A stretch of 64,000 nt of DNA from Deltaproteobacteria bacterium (lineage in GTDB: Bacteria; Myxococcota_A; Polyangia; Polyangiales; Houyiibacteriaceae), in the NCBI GenBank assembly GCA_034670305.1, contig JAXMNT010000004.1:160001-224000 (forward strand), in the 5' to 3' direction. The first letter of the stretch is position 1; each line of letters begins with the position of its first letter. Below the pieces are notes generated by a model. That model did no database searches and was not told where the DNA came from. It worked only from the letters and a program-made list of their open reading frames with translations. This document shows positions 63,335 to 64,000 of this stretch, one piece after another. Position numbers and translations under genes: made by a program.

Positions 63335-64000
63335 CTAGAACCCGCGGCGCATCTCGACCTTGTCGCCCACCTCGACCGCGCGCACGCTCCGCGTGATGAG
63401 CAGCGTGGCCGTGCTCGGTCGAACCGACACCACGCGGCCTTCGGCCGTCACTTCGGGCGGGTACTGGTCTTCGTCGGCGCTCGGTGCATCCGGCAACTCC
63501 TGGCCGTAGTCGAGCCCGTCGTCGAGAAGGCCTGTCCGCCATTCGTCTCCGCTTCGGACGATGAAGAACCGGTTGCCGAGCTGGACGCCCGACTCTCCAC
63601 CGATGTTGATGAAGACGATCTGGCTGTCGGAGCTGAGCTGGAGCGGGCGCAGCGTGGCGACCACGTCCCCCTGGATGTCGCGGGCGTTCTCACGCGGCGG
63701 GACGACCTCGAAGCGGCGCGGAATCGGCGCCACTCGGAAGCCGCGCTCGATCGGATCGAGCGCCTCGGTGATGGTCGCCCGGCCGACGCCGCGGTCGCGG
63801 TCGTAGCTTCGCAGGCGGACGGTTCCGAAGATGCGGACGAGCTCCCCGAGTTCTTCTTCGCGTCGTTCGCGCTCTTCCATCTGCCGGAAGATCGTGTACT
63901 CGCGGCCCGGCTGGATCTGCGCGCCCTCTTCGAAACGAATGTAGACCTCATCGAACGCGCTGAGCAGCATGTGCTCTTCGGGCGAACCAATGATGATCCC
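63335..64000 (-). CDS. C-terminal part of a probable LysM/FlgT_C-like envelope protein (runs off the window edge)
   Basis: Frame open to 64000; VFINIG...GV..GNRF.I.R...G.VV.V....AT.LIT.S. Confidence 0.6.
   Translation of the reverse strand, partial: GIIIGSPEEHMLLSAFDEVYIRFEEGAQIQPGREYTIFRQMEERERREEELGELVRIFGTVRLRSYDRDRGVGRATITEALDPIERGFRVAPIPRRFEVVPPRENARDIQGDVVATLRPLQLSSDSQIVFINIGGESGVQLGNRFFIVRSGDEWRTGLLDDGLDYGQELPDAPSADEDQYPPEVTAEGRVVSVRPSTATLLITRSVRAVEVGDKVEMRRGF

Overview
High-GC bacterial chromosomal window. The gene families (MYXO-CTERM-type tail, DUF1592/DUF1552 pair, ECF sigma/FecR modules, Cys-rich lipoproteins, FHA-GGDEF) suggest Myxococcota; this is an inference. It holds about 45 CDSs. 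Core genes are polA, ffh, moeA, an MltD-like transglycosylase and a MoxR/DUF58/VWA operon. There are also signalling genes, many secreted lipoproteins and tRNA-Asp(GTC). I see no integrase, transposase, reverse transcriptase or CRISPR array. The most unusual signal is non-coding. At least 12 intergenic spacers carry compound, drifting hexamer arrays built on a CCG/CGG core. Several other spacers carry branched hairpin elements with C(GNA)G triloops, including a 38-bp REP-like repeat present in 3 near-full copies and 1 half copy. A lone four-helix-bundle (Avd/IVP-like) gene is bracketed by (GGAAGC)n runs and sits beside the most elaborate hairpin element. It is the best candidate here for an undescribed repeat-associated system. 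Other points: a radical SAM gene missed by the ORF track, a frameshifted MYXO-CTERM gene, and a tandem pair of orphan paralogues. All product calls come from motif recognition by eye; no database search was run.
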